Assembly: GCA_040437565.1 (NCBI GenBank) | Contig: JBDOQK010000008.1 | Span: 620,001 to 644,908, forward strand | Length of the DNA stretch: 24,908 nt | Reading direction: 5' to 3' | Origin: Albugo candida | Taxonomy: Eukaryota | Shown: in pieces, positions 23,219 to 24,908 of the stretch | Numbering within the stretch: position 1 is the first letter of the stretch | How the letters are laid out: each line of letters opens with the position of its first letter | Program-made: the position numbers and the translations under genes | The notes under the pieces: generated by a model | The model's database searches: none | Told to the model about the DNA's origin: nothing | What the model saw: the letters and a program-made list of their open reading frames with translations, nothing else

Positions 23219-23392
23219 TCAATTGCGATAGAAAGTACACCGATCGATCGAGACCTTCAATACATATAGATGAGGCGGCCTTTGTGTACAAGACTCGAAA
23301 TGATACGTCGTGTTGCAACCAATAGTTCTATTCAAGATTCACAAGTTGTGCACTTTGATATTTGGCGTCTCAATGTTGCCGCATTATCTTCT

Positions 23393-24699
23393 CTATGTGT
23401 TTGGGTCGACGATGAAAGAATGAAAAGCAAATAAAAGGAAGAGAACGCCACCGACGATGGTTACTGTTCTCTCTGTGATACGTGATGCCAATATTTTTCC
23501 ACCAACGACAGCCAATCCGGTACACATAGAATGCCCCAAAATCGCTCCCAACGTAACTATGCGAGAAATAAAATCATATGTACGAAGAATACGTCAAAGT
23601 GTCTCTCACCTCCAAAGGGATCGTTTGTTGCGGAAAGTGTGATAGTTGCAATCTGTATCCGATTCAAGTTTAAGATTTCCATTTTTTTCTTTTTTGACGA
23701 AAAAGTAAAATCACCTGTGATCGATCACCCCATTCTGCAAGAAAAGTAAGCAAAAAAGACTGAGTGAACATTTGTATCATTTCCTTTGTCGAGTTCACGG
23801 GACTGTCGCAGTCTTTGTCATTTCTGTCAGCCAAATTACGTTTTCCATGCTCCAACATAGCTTCCTGATCATTTTTTTGGGCTGTACTCTCTTCATCTCC
23901 AGAGATTCTTCGTCCTGCCAACTCTTCTTCAACTTCATCCAGCTCACTAGAAGGTCCACTATACCAAACAATGAGATTCACGATTCAAGTGGCAATCACT
24001 TTCCGTACCTATCCGACATATCTCGAGAATCGTATAGCATTTTAAGACCAAAAAATACAAACTAAAAAAAATATCGGGTCAAAATGCGTGAGGATAGAAT
24101 TTTCTCTGTCCTATCACTCTTACCAGCATCGCACCAGCATAATGTGTCATGTACTTTGGCAAAAATCTAGCAGCGACACCCCCCAGCACCACCGATAAAA
24201 CGGTCATCACAATCAAGGCACCGATAGCACCCGCGAAAACGATTATTCGATCGTGTTTCATGGAAAGGATTGCTGCTATGAAAAAAGTTTTGTCGCCCAC
24301 TTCTGTGGCCCAAATAGACAGAATTCCGCTTGCGAATCCAGCCCAAAACTTATTAACGCTTGCCCGTGACGCTCTTGCACCAGCTCGTAAGGAGGAAGGG
24401 ACACTCTTGGAGGCAAAAGAGTTCCAGTCTGTGACACCCAGTAATGGTTGGAGCGCACTTTGAAGAAGATGAACGTAGTTGGCAAATTCGCCGGTGTCAA
24501 GCTGGCCATTATGATTTGTGTCCACACTATCAAAGGCAACTTGGATAGCAGACTCCTTTTTGTCCAATAAGTGAGGAGGATCAGATGGCGATATTTGCTT
24601 TGTATCCACCAAATTATTCGCAACTACTTTGGTAGTAGAGATCGAGTATACTGTAAAAAGTGTCAGTGTGAGCAGATACCACGGAACGTGAAAACGCAT
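23393..24699 (-). CDS. GDT1: GDT1/TMEM165 (UPF0016) Ca2+/Mn2+ transporter with signal peptide and EF-hand; exons 24699-24124, 24061-24009, 23958-23715, 23652-23610, 23556-23393; 359 aa
   Basis: Two E-x-G-D-[KR]-[TS] motifs (EVGDKT, EWGDRS); acidic central loop ELDEVEEEL; GHSMCTGLAVVGG. Four GT-AG introns of 62, 50, 62 and 53 bp give a 1080-nt stop-free CDS ending FIVDPNT*. Confidence 0.95.
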
Positions 24700-24873
24700 T
24701 TGTTTCCTCAGTCAAATACGCTCCTTTTTTTTTTTTCCTCGGATACACTTTCAAGTACACTTTAGAGGTATCCACTTTGTAAAGAATAACACAATACTTA
24801 GGAGCAACCAACAATATTAGTGTAACCCTTAACACATTTGTAATAATGCACAGGAGTACATTCAAGCGACACC

Positions 24874-24902
<29 letters not shown>
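24874..24902. repeat. Poly(A) homopolymer (29 nt)
   Basis: Read directly; lies ~175 bp upstream of the GDT1 start, at the window edge. Confidence 0.9.
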
Positions 24903-24904
<2 letters not shown>

Positions 24905-24908
24905 AAAG

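Noticed and set aside
24874..24908. Poly(A) as a retroposon tail
   Set aside because: No recognisable SINE/LINE body or TSD upstream, and it sits at the window edge; treated as a simple homopolymer.
1..24908. CRISPR arrays, prokaryotic operons or defence systems
   Set aside because: No regularly spaced repeats; the content is eukaryotic (spliceosomal introns, LTR retrotransposons, Pol III tRNA without encoded CCA).

Overview
Eukaryotic DNA, most likely an oomycete such as Albugo (inferred from the protein families, TE types and short GT-AG introns; not proven). Bases 1-14019 are a nest of three decayed LTR retrotransposons. A chromodomain-bearing Ty3/gypsy element on + carries a full-length Ty1/copia element in its gag (376-5688, minus; both LTRs, PBS, PPT and a 4/5 TSD visible). 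It also carries a second, different copia (about 6789-11413, minus) in its RT, and a deletion there has removed the gypsy RT core and that copia's 3' end. The middle holds a tRNA-Leu(CAA) gene and weak relics. The right end has three tightly packed host genes: an FRO-type ferric reductase (+), a BT1/folate-biopterin-type MFS transporter (+), and a 5-exon GDT1/TMEM165 Ca2+/Mn2+ transporter (-) with a canonical EF-hand after its signal peptide. All five 100-N gaps are flanked by exact duplications and look like unmerged contig overlaps; collapsing them restores both interrupted genes in frame. No clearly novel multi-gene system is demonstrable. The best leads are the EF-hand-GDT1 fusion, the copia PBS overlapping the gag start codon, and the nested TE architecture.
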